From Longivirga aurantiaca (GTDB lineage Bacteria > Actinomycetota > Actinomycetes > S36-B12 > CAIYMF01), in NCBI RefSeq assembly GCF_042660085.1, contig NZ_JBHSTI010000008.1, positions 1,659,876-1,691,875 on the forward strand: a stretch of DNA of 32,000 bases. The letters are read 5' to 3'. The notes under the pieces are model-generated. The model was given only the letters and a program-made list of their open reading frames with translations. It ran no database searches and was not told the DNA's origin. The position numbers and the translations under genes are program-made. This document shows positions 1 through 8,105 of the stretch, in pieces (position 1 is the stretch's first letter; the number at the start of each line of letters is the position of its first letter).

Positions 1-39
1 CAGGCCGAACCCTCGACCTCAGGTCAAGGGTTCGGCCTG
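1..39. terminator. 39-bp near-perfect palindrome 25 nt downstream of the gcvH stop. Probably a hairpin terminator, and possibly truncated by the window edge.
   Basis: Outer arms CAGGCCGAACCCT (1-13) and AGGGTTCGGCCTG (27-39) are perfectly complementary. The inner segment GACCT-C-AGGTC is also palindromic. Confidence 0.5.
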
Positions 40-64
40 GACGGTGCTGAGCGGACGGCTCCGG

Positions 65-454
65 TCAGGAGCCGGTGAGGGCGACGTACCCGGCGGCGTC
101 GAGCAGGTCGTCGAGCGAGGTCCCCTCGGCGACCCGGACCTCGGCGAGCCATCCGGCGCCGTAGGGGTCGGAGTTGATGGTCTCGGGGCTGGTCTCGACG
201 GCGTCGTTGCATGCCACGACGGTGCCCGAGACCGGTGCGTAGATGTCCGAGACGCTCTTGGTCGACTCGACCTCGCCGCACGGCTCCCCCGCGCTGACGT
301 CGGCGCCGACGGTGGGCAACGTGACGAAGACGATGTCGCCGAGCGCGTCCTGCGCGTGGTCGGTGATGCCGAAGCGCACGGTGCCGTCCGCGGTCAGGTC
401 GACCCACTCGTGCTCGCGGGTGTAGCGCAGGTTCTCGGGGGTCTGGCCGGCCAT
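65..454 (-). CDS. gcvH: Glycine cleavage system protein H (lipoyl carrier)
   Basis: 129 aa starting MAGQTPENLRYTREHEWV, with the lipoyl-lysine motif EVESTKSVSDIYAPVSG. The ATG is at 454 and is preceded by GAAGGAG. The longer track ORF (to 652) has an Arg/Pro-rich, non-genic N-terminus. Confidence 0.93.
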   Translation of the reverse strand: MAGQTPENLRYTREHEWVDLTADGTVRFGITDHAQDALGDIVFVTLPTVGADVSAGEPCGEVESTKSVSDIYAPVSGTVVACNDAVETSPETINSDPYGAGWLAEVRVAEGTSLDDLLDAAGYVALTGS

Positions 455-476
455 GCGGGGGGCTCCTTCGGTGAGG

Positions 477-1250
477 TCACGAGCCGCTGGGGCTCGGTGC
501 GGGGCGAGCGTATTGCGGGGTCGAGACGGGCTGCAACGCGCGGACCACGACCTCGGTCTCCTGGACCACGTCGATGCTGCCGCCGGCGGTGCGCACGGTG
601 TCGGCCACACCACCCGGGATCTCGAGCGCCGTGGCGAGGGTCGCGGCGTCACCGATCACCTGCAGCCGGTACGGCGAGGTCAGCACCGTGCCGGACACGG
701 ACACCCCGGACGGGTCGTCCTCGAACCAGGTCGAGGCCACCACGCGGACGTCGCCGATCTGGATCGCCTCGGCGCCCGCGTCGCGCAGCTCCTGCACGGC
801 GTCGAGCAGGACCGCCGAGGTGATCGCCCCCCCGCCGTCCTGCAACGTCACCCGGATGCCCGTGCCGACCGCGGGCACCGTGCCCGCCAGGATCGCGAGG
901 GCGTCCGCCCGCGCCCGCGAGGCAGCGAGGCGCTGCTCCTCGCTGCCCGACAGCAGCCGGTCGCGGGCGGCCTCGAGGGCTCGCTGCTCGGCCTGCAGCC
1001 GGATCTGCCGCTCGGTGAGGTCGTCGAGCACGCGGACGACCTCGTCCTCGCGAGCCGTGGCCAGCAGACCGGTCTGGGCGGAGGCCTGGGTGGCCGCGAC
1101 GCCGGCGAAGCCGAGACCGACGAACAGGAGGCCGATGACGAGCTGCTGCACCGTCGCACGCGGGGCCAGCGCGGTGCGCAGCCGTGCGCGGGCGGTCTGC
1201 TCCTCCCGGCCTTCGGCGTCGGTCGCGGGCGGGGTGCTCTCGTCGCTCAT
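477..1250 (-). CDS. DUF881-family membrane protein (cell-division-associated family, YlxW/Rv1825-like)
   Basis: N-terminal TM segment, a coiled-coil region, and a C-terminal domain containing GxGIxVTLxD...NAVQELRDAGAEAIxI. It has the same architecture as the ORF at 1586-2488. Its position between sbp and gcvH matches the conserved actinobacterial cluster (from memory). Confidence 0.8.
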   Translation of the reverse strand: MSDESTPPATDAEGREEQTARARLRTALAPRATVQQLVIGLLFVGLGFAGVAATQASAQTGLLATAREDEVVRVLDDLTERQIRLQAEQRALEAARDRLLSGSEEQRLAASRARADALAILAGTVPAVGTGIRVTLQDGGGAITSAVLLDAVQELRDAGAEAIQIGDVRVVASTWFEDDPSGVSVSGTVLTSPYRLQVIGDAATLATALEIPGGVADTVRTAGGSIDVVQETEVVVRALQPVSTPQYARPAPSPSGS

Positions 1251-1256
1251 CCGGTG

Positions 1257-1589
1257 TCAGGCCTTCAGCAGACGGCGGCGGATGGCGGCAACGTTGGCGA
1301 AGATGCGCATCGCCAGGACGACCACGACTCCCGTCGAGATCTGCGCACCGACGCCGAGCTGGTCGCCGAGGAAGACCAGGAGCGCCGCCACCACGACGTT
1401 CGACAGGAACGAGATCACGAACACCCGGTCGTCGAACACGCCGTCGAGGAGGGCGCGCGCGGCGCCGAAGACGGCGTCGAGCGCCGCGACGACGGCGATG
1501 GGCAGGTACGGCTGCATCCAGAGCGGCACGTCCGGCTGGAGGATCACGCCGAGGATGATGCCGACGAGCAGACCGACTGCGGCGATCAC
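1257..1589 (-). CDS. sbp: Small basic protein Sbp (DUF1290), small integral membrane protein
   Basis: 110 aa, three hydrophobic segments and a basic C-terminus (IRRRLLKA). The GTG at 1589 is preceded by AAGGAGG and forms a GTGA overlap with the upstream DUF881 stop. Confidence 0.7.
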   Translation of the reverse strand: MIAAVGLLVGIILGVILQPDVPLWMQPYLPIAVVAALDAVFGAARALLDGVFDDRVFVISFLSNVVVAALLVFLGDQLGVGAQISTGVVVVLAMRIFANVAAIRRRLLKA

Positions 1590-2488
1590 GATCCTGCCTC
1601 CTTGCTCGTGCCGGCGTCCGGGTCGGCCCCGGCGCTCGCCGACGACCCTGCCACGGTATCCGCGCCGAGGCTCGGCACCCGCGCACGCACCGGGAGCAGC
1701 GCCGTCGAGGCGGGCAGGGTCAGGGACGTCGCCTGCTCGAACGAGAGCTTGACCCCGAACTGCTGCACGACGTCGTCGAGCTCGTTCCCCGACGTGGTCC
1801 GCGGGAACGCGACGGCGAGCGCGGCGCCGTCCCCGATCGCCTCGACCCGGTACGGCGGCAGCAGCGGGCGGAAGTCGACCAGGATCGCCGCGCCGGCCGA
1901 GCGGATGGCGGTGGTCGAGGTGAGCCTCACCCCGTTGACGGCGATCGCCTCGGCGCCCGAGGCCCACAGCGCGTTCACGGCGTTCTGCACGTCCGTGTCG
2001 AGGACGCGACCTGGGTCGTCGGTGGCGGCAGGATCCGTGCCGTCCGCGGAGTCGAGGACGACGACGAGCCCGGGGCCCTGGACGGCGGTGTACCCCGTCG
2101 CTGCCTCCAGCGAGCCGATCCGCTCGGCCAGGGCCGCGCCCTCGTCGGACTGCGCGAGGAGCACCTCCTGGGCCGCCGCGAGATCAGCACGCGTCCTTGC
2201 GATGTCCGCCTCGAGGGCTGCGATCTCCTCCTGGGTGCGGGCGACTCGGTCCACGAGGACCTGACGCGCCTTCTCCGCCTCGGGGGCAACGGCCTGACGC
2301 TGGACGACCGCGAGGGCGAGGACGCCCGCGACCGCTGCGCAGGTGAGGACGAACGCCACCCGCGTGGTCCTGGCCGGTCGGGCGCCGCGGTGCCGACGCG
2401 CGGCCTCGGCGTACTCCTCCGCGGCGTCGTCCCTGACCAGCTCGGTCAGGAGCGCCATCGAGGCTGCGGGGTCGCGCGGTGCCGGCAT
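1586..2488 (-). CDS. DUF881-family membrane protein (second paralogue)
   Basis: 300 aa from the ATG at 2488, which forms a TGATG junction with the pgsA stop. It has a TM segment, a coiled coil (EEIAALEADIARTRADLAAAQ), and the motifs GPGLVVVLD...NAVNALWASGAEAIAVNG. Confidence 0.8.
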   Translation of the reverse strand: MPAPRDPAASMALLTELVRDDAAEEYAEAARRHRGARPARTTRVAFVLTCAAVAGVLALAVVQRQAVAPEAEKARQVLVDRVARTQEEIAALEADIARTRADLAAAQEVLLAQSDEGAALAERIGSLEAATGYTAVQGPGLVVVLDSADGTDPAATDDPGRVLDTDVQNAVNALWASGAEAIAVNGVRLTSTTAIRSAGAAILVDFRPLLPPYRVEAIGDGAALAVAFPRTTSGNELDDVVQQFGVKLSFEQATSLTLPASTALLPVRARVPSLGADTVAGSSASAGADPDAGTSKEAGS

Positions 2489-3081
2489 CAGCGATGCCGC
2501 AGGATGCGCCGCGCCTGCTCGATGTAGAGCAGGCCCGCCCACCAGTAGAGGACGGTGCCCCAGATCGCGAACGCCCAACCGGCGACGCGGGCGACGTCGT
2601 GGAAGTCGATGCCGGCGGCGTCCGCTCCGTCCCCGAGCAGGAGCAGCGGGAAGGCGTAGAGCAGGTTGAACGTGGCCGCCTTGCCCAGGAAGTGCACGGG
2701 CAGACCGGTGATGCCCCGGCGCTTCAACGCCGCGAGGTACAGCCCGACGACCAGGTCGCGCGACAGCAGCAGGATCACGAGCCACCACGGCACGATGCCG
2801 CGGATGGCGAGCCCGATGAGCGTCGCGGCGATGTACAGACGGTCGGCGAGCGGGTCGAGCAGCTGGCCGAGGCGGCTGATCGAGTGGGTGGCGCGGGCGA
2901 TCTTGCCGTCGAGCCAGTCGGTGAAGCCGGCGACCAGGAGGACGACCAGCGCCCACCCGTCGGCCTGCGGCACCAGGATCAGCCAGAGGAACAGCGGGAC
3001 ACCGAGGAGCCGTAGGAACGACAAGGCGTTGGGCACGGTGAGGATCCGGTCGGTCTGGACCTCCGTCTCCTGCACGTCCAT
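2488..3081 (-). CDS. pgsA: CDP-alcohol phosphatidyltransferase (PgsA / cardiolipin-synthase type)
   Basis: CDP-alcohol phosphatidyltransferase signature DWLDGKIAR...GQLLDPLADR, with a multi-TM hydrophobic profile. Confidence 0.85.
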   Translation of the reverse strand: MDVQETEVQTDRILTVPNALSFLRLLGVPLFLWLILVPQADGWALVVLLVAGFTDWLDGKIARATHSISRLGQLLDPLADRLYIAATLIGLAIRGIVPWWLVILLLSRDLVVGLYLAALKRRGITGLPVHFLGKAATFNLLYAFPLLLLGDGADAAGIDFHDVARVAGWAFAIWGTVLYWWAGLLYIEQARRILRHR

Positions 3082-3090
3082 GCCGCGACC

Positions 3091-3873
3091 CTAACCGCCC
3101 GAGGGGTCGCCCGGAGCCGCCGCGCCCGGCAGCACCGTGTCGCCCGCCGGGGCCGCGTGCGCACCGACGGGACCGGGTGCCCGGCTGCGGCGGGCCGCGA
3201 GCATCAGGCCCACTGCAAGGCAGAGCAGCACGATGCCGGCACCGCCGAGGACGAGCGCCGCAGGCCAGGCGCGGTCGACCTCGAGCGTCACATTGAGGTC
3301 CACGTCCACCCCCGGTGTCGCGTCGGCGCGCATGAGCACGACCGTCGCGCCCTCAGGGATGCGCGCCGTGAGCACCGCTGGCGCGCCCTCGTCCTGTCGC
3401 AGCCAGAACTGCTGGGAGGACGGCGGTGGCGGCTGCTGGGTCCCCGGAACCTGGCGGGTCGTGGTCGCTCCCCCGCTGGTCAGCTCCGCAACCACGTCGT
3501 ACGGGGCACCGGCCAGGTAGATGTCGAGATCGGTGCCGGCCGCGGCACCGAGGAAGACAGGTGAGCCGTCGGCGGACCGGGCGGAGAGGGTGAGCACCCC
3601 TACCCCCTCGGGCACCGGGAGCCCCACCGCGTCGATCTGGAGGCCGTCCACGAGGAGGGCCACACCCGTCGCGCTGGCGCGGGTGGGCGTGGTGGACACG
3701 GTGCCGTCCGGGCCGAACGCCATCCCGACGACGATCCCGCCTGCGAGCAGTGCGCCACCCACGACGGCGGCCGCGACCCCCGACACGACGAACCCTGCAC
3801 GTGCCACGTCGTCACGGTATCCCCGACGGGGCGACGACGACCCCGCGCCACGACGCGGACCGCCCGCGCGCAC
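3091..3873 (-). CDS. Hypothetical membrane protein with N- and C-terminal TM anchors and a central extracytoplasmic domain
   Basis: High GC3 frame. It ends 9 nt upstream of pgsA, so it is probably in the same operon. The start is uncertain: GTG at 3873, or GTG at 3807 just before the first TM segment. I recognise no family. Confidence 0.55.
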   Translation of the reverse strand: MRAGGPRRGAGSSSPRRGYRDDVARAGFVVSGVAAAVVGGALLAGGIVVGMAFGPDGTVSTTPTRASATGVALLVDGLQIDAVGLPVPEGVGVLTLSARSADGSPVFLGAAAGTDLDIYLAGAPYDVVAELTSGGATTTRQVPGTQQPPPPSSQQFWLRQDEGAPAVLTARIPEGATVVLMRADATPGVDVDLNVTLEVDRAWPAALVLGGAGIVLLCLAVGLMLAARRSRAPGPVGAHAAPAGDTVLPGAAAPGDPSGG

Positions 3874-3896
3874 CGGGGACGCGGCATGATCGGCAC

Positions 3897-4184
3897 GTGA
3901 CCGACCAGGAGCCGCTGACCCTCGCGGCGCTCAAGCTGCAATGGATCGACGTGCTCTACGACCTAGAGGCGAACCACCGCACAGCCTGGCTGGCGCTGTT
4001 CGACGGCCGGCTCGCCTCGCTGGAGGACGACGTGCTGGTGCTCGACTTCGTCGATGCCACGAAGATGGCCGGCGTCCACGGGTACGAGCGCGGCTCCAAG
4101 CCCTCGTTCCTCGAGGCGATGAGCGATTCGATCGAACGTGTCACCGGCCGCCGCATCACCGTGACCACCACGCGCGACGTGTGA
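3897..4184 (+). CDS. Small conserved-looking cytoplasmic protein (95 aa). It loosely resembles the C-terminal domain of actinobacterial DnaX.
   Basis: Strong GC3 bias from the GTG at 3897. The sequence LKLQWIDVLYDLEANHRTAWLALFDGRLASLEDDVLVLDF recalls the C-terminal pattern of DnaX. This is from memory only. Confidence 0.55.
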   Translation: MTDQEPLTLAALKLQWIDVLYDLEANHRTAWLALFDGRLASLEDDVLVLDFVDATKMAGVHGYERGSKPSFLEAMSDSIERVTGRRITVTTTRDV

Positions 4185-4220
4185 GCCGGGACGCCGGCGG
4201 GGGGAAGGTCCGGCGTCGAG

Positions 4221-4248
4221 GCAACCTCGGGCGCCCTCCGCACCGTCT
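4221..4248 (+). promoter_or_regulatory. Candidate ECF-type promoter (GCAAC-N18-CGTCT) upstream of the sigma gene
   Basis: AAC at 4223-4225 and CGTCT at 4244-4248, about 35 nt upstream of the ATG at 4282. A GGAGG Shine-Dalgarno lies in between. A similar architecture occurs at 5425-5450. Confidence 0.25.
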
Positions 4249-4281
4249 CTGCTGCGAAGGCGGATCTCACCGGAGGCAGGG

Positions 4282-4788
4282 ATGACGACGGACCACGACG
4301 CGGAGTTCACCGCGTGGGTGGAGCGCACGGCCGCGTCGTTGCGCGGCACGGCGTACCTGATGTGCGGCGACTGGCACGCGGCTGACGACGTGGTGCAGGA
4401 CGCGCTCGTGCGGGTGTACGAGCGTTGGCACCGGATCAGGCCGGAGGCCGCGACGTCGTACGCACGACGGGTCGTCGCGACAGCCACGATCGACCGCGCC
4501 CGGCGGCCGTGGCGGCGCGAGGTGTCCAGCGACGTCCTGCCCGAGGTGACCGCGCTGCGGGAGGACGAGACGCCGTACGACGTCGTCGGCGCCCTCGCGC
4601 AGCTGCCGCCGCGCCAGCGCGCCGTGCTGGTGCTGCGGTTCTTCGACGATCTCGACGTGACCGAGACCGCACGGCTGCTCGGGATCACGCCCGGCACCGT
4701 CAAGAGCGCGACATCGCGCGGGCTCGACAGCCTGCGAATTCTGATGCGAACGCCCGTGCACGCGGGCCTGTCCGAGGAGACACCATGA
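4282..4788 (+). CDS. ECF (sigma-70 family, SigE-like actinobacterial subgroup) RNA polymerase sigma factor
   Basis: Region 2 (AADDVVQDALVRVYERW) and region 4 HTH (LPPRQRAVLVLRFFDDLDVTETARLLGITPGTVKSATSRG). Confidence 0.9.
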   Translation: MTTDHDAEFTAWVERTAASLRGTAYLMCGDWHAADDVVQDALVRVYERWHRIRPEAATSYARRVVATATIDRARRPWRREVSSDVLPEVTALREDETPYDVVGALAQLPPRQRAVLVLRFFDDLDVTETARLLGITPGTVKSATSRGLDSLRILMRTPVHAGLSEETP

Positions 4789-5372
4789 GCGAGAACGACA
4801 TCCGCACCCTGATGGGTTCGGCCGCGAGCGATGCCCCCGCCCGCGACTTCAGCACGCCCGTGATCGCCTCCGCCGCGGCGGCGCGCACCCGTCGCCGCCG
4901 TGCCTGGTACGGCGTCGGCGCCCTCGGTGCCGCGGCGACCGTGACCGTCGTCGCCACGGTCTCGATGGGGCTGCTGGGCAACGACGGCCCGGGAGCGCCG
5001 GTCGCGATCGGCACGCCGTCGTCGTCCGCCCCGGCCATCGACCCCGGTGCGATCTCGCTGCCGACGAGCCTGCCGCTCGGCGAGCTCGTCGGTGTCGTCG
5101 ACAGCGAGCTGCCGTCAGGAACGGCCGTCGGCGAGCTCGGCGTCGACGCCGCGTTCACTCCCGACGGTGCGATCACGCTGCCCCTGACCACGGGCTCCGG
5201 CGCTGCAGAGCTCGCGATCACCGCGACCGCAGCGGGATGCAGCGCCGAGTCGGCCGCCCTCGACGCCGCGACGCTGGACGCCATCTCGGCCGCGGTCTGC
5301 ACCGCGGCGGCGCAGTACCCCAGCCAGCCCGGCACCGTGGTCGACGGCGGGAGCATCGACCCCGCCGCCTGA
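4785..5372 (+). CDS. Putative anti-sigma factor: single-pass membrane protein with an extracytoplasmic Ala/Ser/Pro-rich domain
   Basis: ATGA overlap with the sigma stop. It has a short cytoplasmic N-terminus, RTRRRRAWY followed by a TM segment (GVGALGAAATVTVVATV), and a 130-aa external part with two Cys. There is no HxxxCxxC zinc motif. Confidence 0.6.
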   Translation: MSENDIRTLMGSAASDAPARDFSTPVIASAAAARTRRRRAWYGVGALGAAATVTVVATVSMGLLGNDGPGAPVAIGTPSSSAPAIDPGAISLPTSLPLGELVGVVDSELPSGTAVGELGVDAAFTPDGAITLPLTTGSGAAELAITATAAGCSAESAALDAATLDAISAAVCTAAAQYPSQPGTVVDGGSIDPAA

Positions 5373-5383
5373 CGAGCTCGCGA

Positions 5384-5421
5384 CGAAGGGCCGGGCGGAT
5401 TCCAATCCGCCCGGCCCTTCG
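5384..5421 (+). terminator. Perfect 17-bp stem / 4-nt loop hairpin after the anti-sigma gene
   Basis: CGAAGGGCCGGGCGGAT-TCCA-ATCCGCCCGGCCCTTCG, 12 nt after the stop. There is no U-tract, which is common in high-GC actinobacteria. Confidence 0.7.
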
Positions 5422-5424
5422 CTC

Positions 5425-5450
5425 CGAACGAGGGTTGACCGCACGTCGTC
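5425..5450 (+). promoter_or_regulatory. Candidate ECF-type promoter (CGAAC-N17-CGTC) upstream of the DUF4331 gene
   Basis: AAC at 5427-5429 and CGTC at 5447-5450, about 35 nt upstream of the GTG at 5484 (GGAG Shine-Dalgarno at 5474-5477). It lies directly downstream of the terminator hairpin. Confidence 0.25.
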
Positions 5451-5483
5451 GGGACGCGCGGCAGTCTCACCTCGGAGCCTCCT

Positions 5484-6794
5484 GTGAGCCCAACCCCCCT
5501 GCGCCGTCGTCGGCGCCTGCTCGCCCTGTCCGGCGCTCTCGCCGCCTCCTCGCTCGTGGTGGGTGCAGCAGTCGGACTCGGTTCGTCCACCGCCTCGAGC
5601 CACCGCGAGGCCCCCCTGATCTCGGGGACGCCCAAGCTCGACAACACCGACGTCTACGCGTTCGTGAGCCCGGACAAGCCGGACACCGCGACGATCGTCG
5701 CCAACTTCAACCCGTTCGAGGACCCCGCCGGCGGCCCGAACTTCTACTCGTTCGACCCGAAGGCCAAGTACTACGTCAACATCGACCTCAACGGCGACTC
5801 GAACGCAGACCTCGTCTACAGCTGGCGATTCAAGACCACGGTCCGCAACCCCGGGACGTTCCTCTACAACACGGGCCCGGTCACCCGGCTCGGGGACGCC
5901 GACCTGAACGTGGTCCAGAACTACGACCTCGTCGAGTGGAAGCGCGGCGTCGGCACCCGCGTCGTCGCCAAGGGCCTCTACACGGCGCCCGCCAACGTCG
6001 GCACCGCGTCGATGCCCGACTACGCCTCGCTGCGCACCCAGGCCGCATACACGCGCAACGGCGTCACCACGTTCGCCGGCCAGGCCGATGACCCGTTCGC
6101 CCTCGACCTGCGCGTCTTCAACCTGCTGTACGGCGGCAACCTGAGCGAGGTCGGCAACGACTCGCTCAAGGGCTACAACGTCCAGTCGATCGCCCTCCAG
6201 CTGCCGGTGTCCCAGCTCGGTGGCAAGAAGAACATCATCGGCATCTGGTCCTCGACCAAGAAGGCGACCGCGACAGGCACGTACGTCCAGGTGTCGCGCC
6301 TCGGCATGCCCCTCGTCAACGAGGTCGTCATCCCGCTCAAGGACAAGGACCGGTTCAACGCGTCCAAGCCGTCGAGCGACGTGCAGTTCCTGCCCTACGT
6401 CGTGAAGCCCGAGCTGCCCAAGCTGCTCAACGCCGTGTACGGCCTCCCGGTGCCCAAGGAGCCGCGCAACGACCTCGTGCAGGTGTTCCTGACCGGCGTC
6501 CCCGGCCTCAACCAGCCGAAGAACGTGAAGGCCGCGGAGATGCTGCGCCTCAACCTCACGCCCTTCACCGGTCAGACCTTCAGCAGGCTCGGTGTCATCG
6601 GCGGCGACCTCAACGGCTTCCCGAACGGTCGACGCCTCGCTGACGACGTCCTCGACATCGGTCTCCAGGTCGTGGCCGGCGAGCTCGTGGGCATGCCGAA
6701 CGACCTCGGTGACGGCGTCGATGCCAACGACGTGGCGTTCACCAGCACGTTCCCGTACGTCGCCCTCCCCCACAGCGGCTCGACCGTCCGCTGA
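5484..6794 (+). CDS. Secreted DUF4331-domain protein
   Basis: Arg-rich (Tat-like) signal peptide RRRRRLLALSGALAASSLVVGAAVGLGSSTASS, followed by SHREAPLIS...DNTDVYAF...DPFALDL...SRLGMPLVNEVVIP...NGFPNGRRLADDV, which I recognise as the DUF4331 pattern. Confidence 0.85.
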   Translation: MSPTPLRRRRRLLALSGALAASSLVVGAAVGLGSSTASSHREAPLISGTPKLDNTDVYAFVSPDKPDTATIVANFNPFEDPAGGPNFYSFDPKAKYYVNIDLNGDSNADLVYSWRFKTTVRNPGTFLYNTGPVTRLGDADLNVVQNYDLVEWKRGVGTRVVAKGLYTAPANVGTASMPDYASLRTQAAYTRNGVTTFAGQADDPFALDLRVFNLLYGGNLSEVGNDSLKGYNVQSIALQLPVSQLGGKKNIIGIWSSTKKATATGTYVQVSRLGMPLVNEVVIPLKDKDRFNASKPSSDVQFLPYVVKPELPKLLNAVYGLPVPKEPRNDLVQVFLTGVPGLNQPKNVKAAEMLRLNLTPFTGQTFSRLGVIGGDLNGFPNGRRLADDVLDIGLQVVAGELVGMPNDLGDGVDANDVAFTSTFPYVALPHSGSTVR

Positions 6795-6799
6795 CCAGT

Positions 6800-6829
6800 G
6801 CGGGGCCCCGGCAGCCGCCGGGGCCCCGC
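6800..6829 (+). terminator. Perfect 12-bp GC stem hairpin between the DUF4331 and TPR genes (intra-operon attenuator or partial terminator)
   Basis: GCGGGGCCCCGG-CAGCCG-CCGGGGCCCCGC, starting 6 nt after the DUF4331 stop. Confidence 0.5.
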
Positions 6830-6866
6830 GCCGCACCCGTTCCGTACCAGCCCCGGGAGACGCGCC

Positions 6867-8105
6867 GTGACGACCACCGACCTCCAGCCCCTCGCACCGC
6901 CCGAGCCCGCGCGACGCGGCCGTCGGCGCGTCGCCGCCGTGCTCGTGGGCGCCGTCGCCGTCGCCGGTCTCGTCGGCGCCGGCTCGCTGCTGCCTGCACC
7001 GTCCGCACCGACCCCGACGGCCCAGGCGCCGTCGGGCCCGACGACCACCGTCGAGGGCCTCGCGGCCTATCTGCAGTCGGTGCCCGCGGACTGGCACGGC
7101 TGGTCGAGCCTCGGAGGGCTGCAGCTCGAGCGCGCCCGCTCGACCGGATCGCCGGAGTGGTACGGACGCGCGGAGCAGTCGTTCCGCAGGTCCCTCCAGA
7201 TCCACCCCGACGACAACCCGCCCGCCCTCGCCGGTCTCGCCGCCGTCGACGCCGCGAGGCATGACTTCGCCGCCGCCGAGTCGGGCGCTCGTGCGGCACT
7301 GGCCGTCAATCCGCTCGATGCCACGGCGCAGGCGATCCTCGTCGACTCGCTCACCGAGCTCGGCCGGTACGACGAGTCGCTGGCCGCGGCCCAGCGCCTC
7401 GACGGCACGCACCCCGGGCTCTCGTCGTACACACGCCTGGCGTACCAGGAGGAGCTGCGCGGCGATGTGGCAGAGGCGCTCTCGCTCCTCGCCCTCGCTG
7501 CTGACGATGCCGCCACCCCGTCGCAGGCCGCCTTCGCCCGCTACCAGGAGGGCCTGCTCGCGCTGCAGACCGGCGACGTCGCGCGCGCCGAGCGTTCGTA
7601 CGCCGCTGGGGCCGCGGCAGCGCCGGACGACCTGTCCCTTCTGCATCTGCGGGCTCGGATCGCGGCGGCCCAGGGGCGCGGCGCCATGGCCGCCGACCTC
7701 TACCGCGCGCTCGTGCAGAGGCGGCCGACCGCGGCGCTCGCGGTCGAGGCGGCCGACGTGCTGACCGGGGCGGCCGACGCCCGGGAGAGGGCCGACCTGA
7801 TCGCCCTCGCGCAGGCGCAGCTCGCCGTTAACCGTGCGAACGGTGTGGAGCCCGAGCCGTCCGACATCGTGCTGGAGGCGACGTACGGCGATCCTGCCGC
7901 TGCCCTGCGGATGGCGGAGTCGCTGTGGTCGAGGCAGCAGGGCGTCTACGCGGCCGACGCCTACGCGGTGGCGCTGCACGCCGTCGGCCGCGACGCCGAG
8001 GCGCTGCGGTACGCCGATCGCGCCCTGTCCCTCGGGACGACCACCCCCTCGCTGCATGCGCACCGCGACGCCATCCGCGCAGCGCTGCCCGGCGGTGCGG
8101 CATGA
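6867..8105 (+). CDS. Membrane-anchored tetratricopeptide-repeat (TPR) protein
   Basis: GTG at 6867 with a GGGAGA Shine-Dalgarno. It has an N-terminal RRGRRR motif plus a TM anchor, then repeated Ala-rich helical TPR-like units (for example AEQSFRRSLQIHPDDNPPALAGLA and AESGARAALAVNPLDATAQ). Its stop overlaps the next gene's start (ATGA). Confidence 0.7.
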   Translation: MTTTDLQPLAPPEPARRGRRRVAAVLVGAVAVAGLVGAGSLLPAPSAPTPTAQAPSGPTTTVEGLAAYLQSVPADWHGWSSLGGLQLERARSTGSPEWYGRAEQSFRRSLQIHPDDNPPALAGLAAVDAARHDFAAAESGARAALAVNPLDATAQAILVDSLTELGRYDESLAAAQRLDGTHPGLSSYTRLAYQEELRGDVAEALSLLALAADDAATPSQAAFARYQEGLLALQTGDVARAERSYAAGAAAAPDDLSLLHLRARIAAAQGRGAMAADLYRALVQRRPTAALAVEAADVLTGAADARERADLIALAQAQLAVNRANGVEPEPSDIVLEATYGDPAAALRMAESLWSRQQGVYAADAYAVALHAVGRDAEALRYADRALSLGTTTPSLHAHRDAIRAALPGGAA

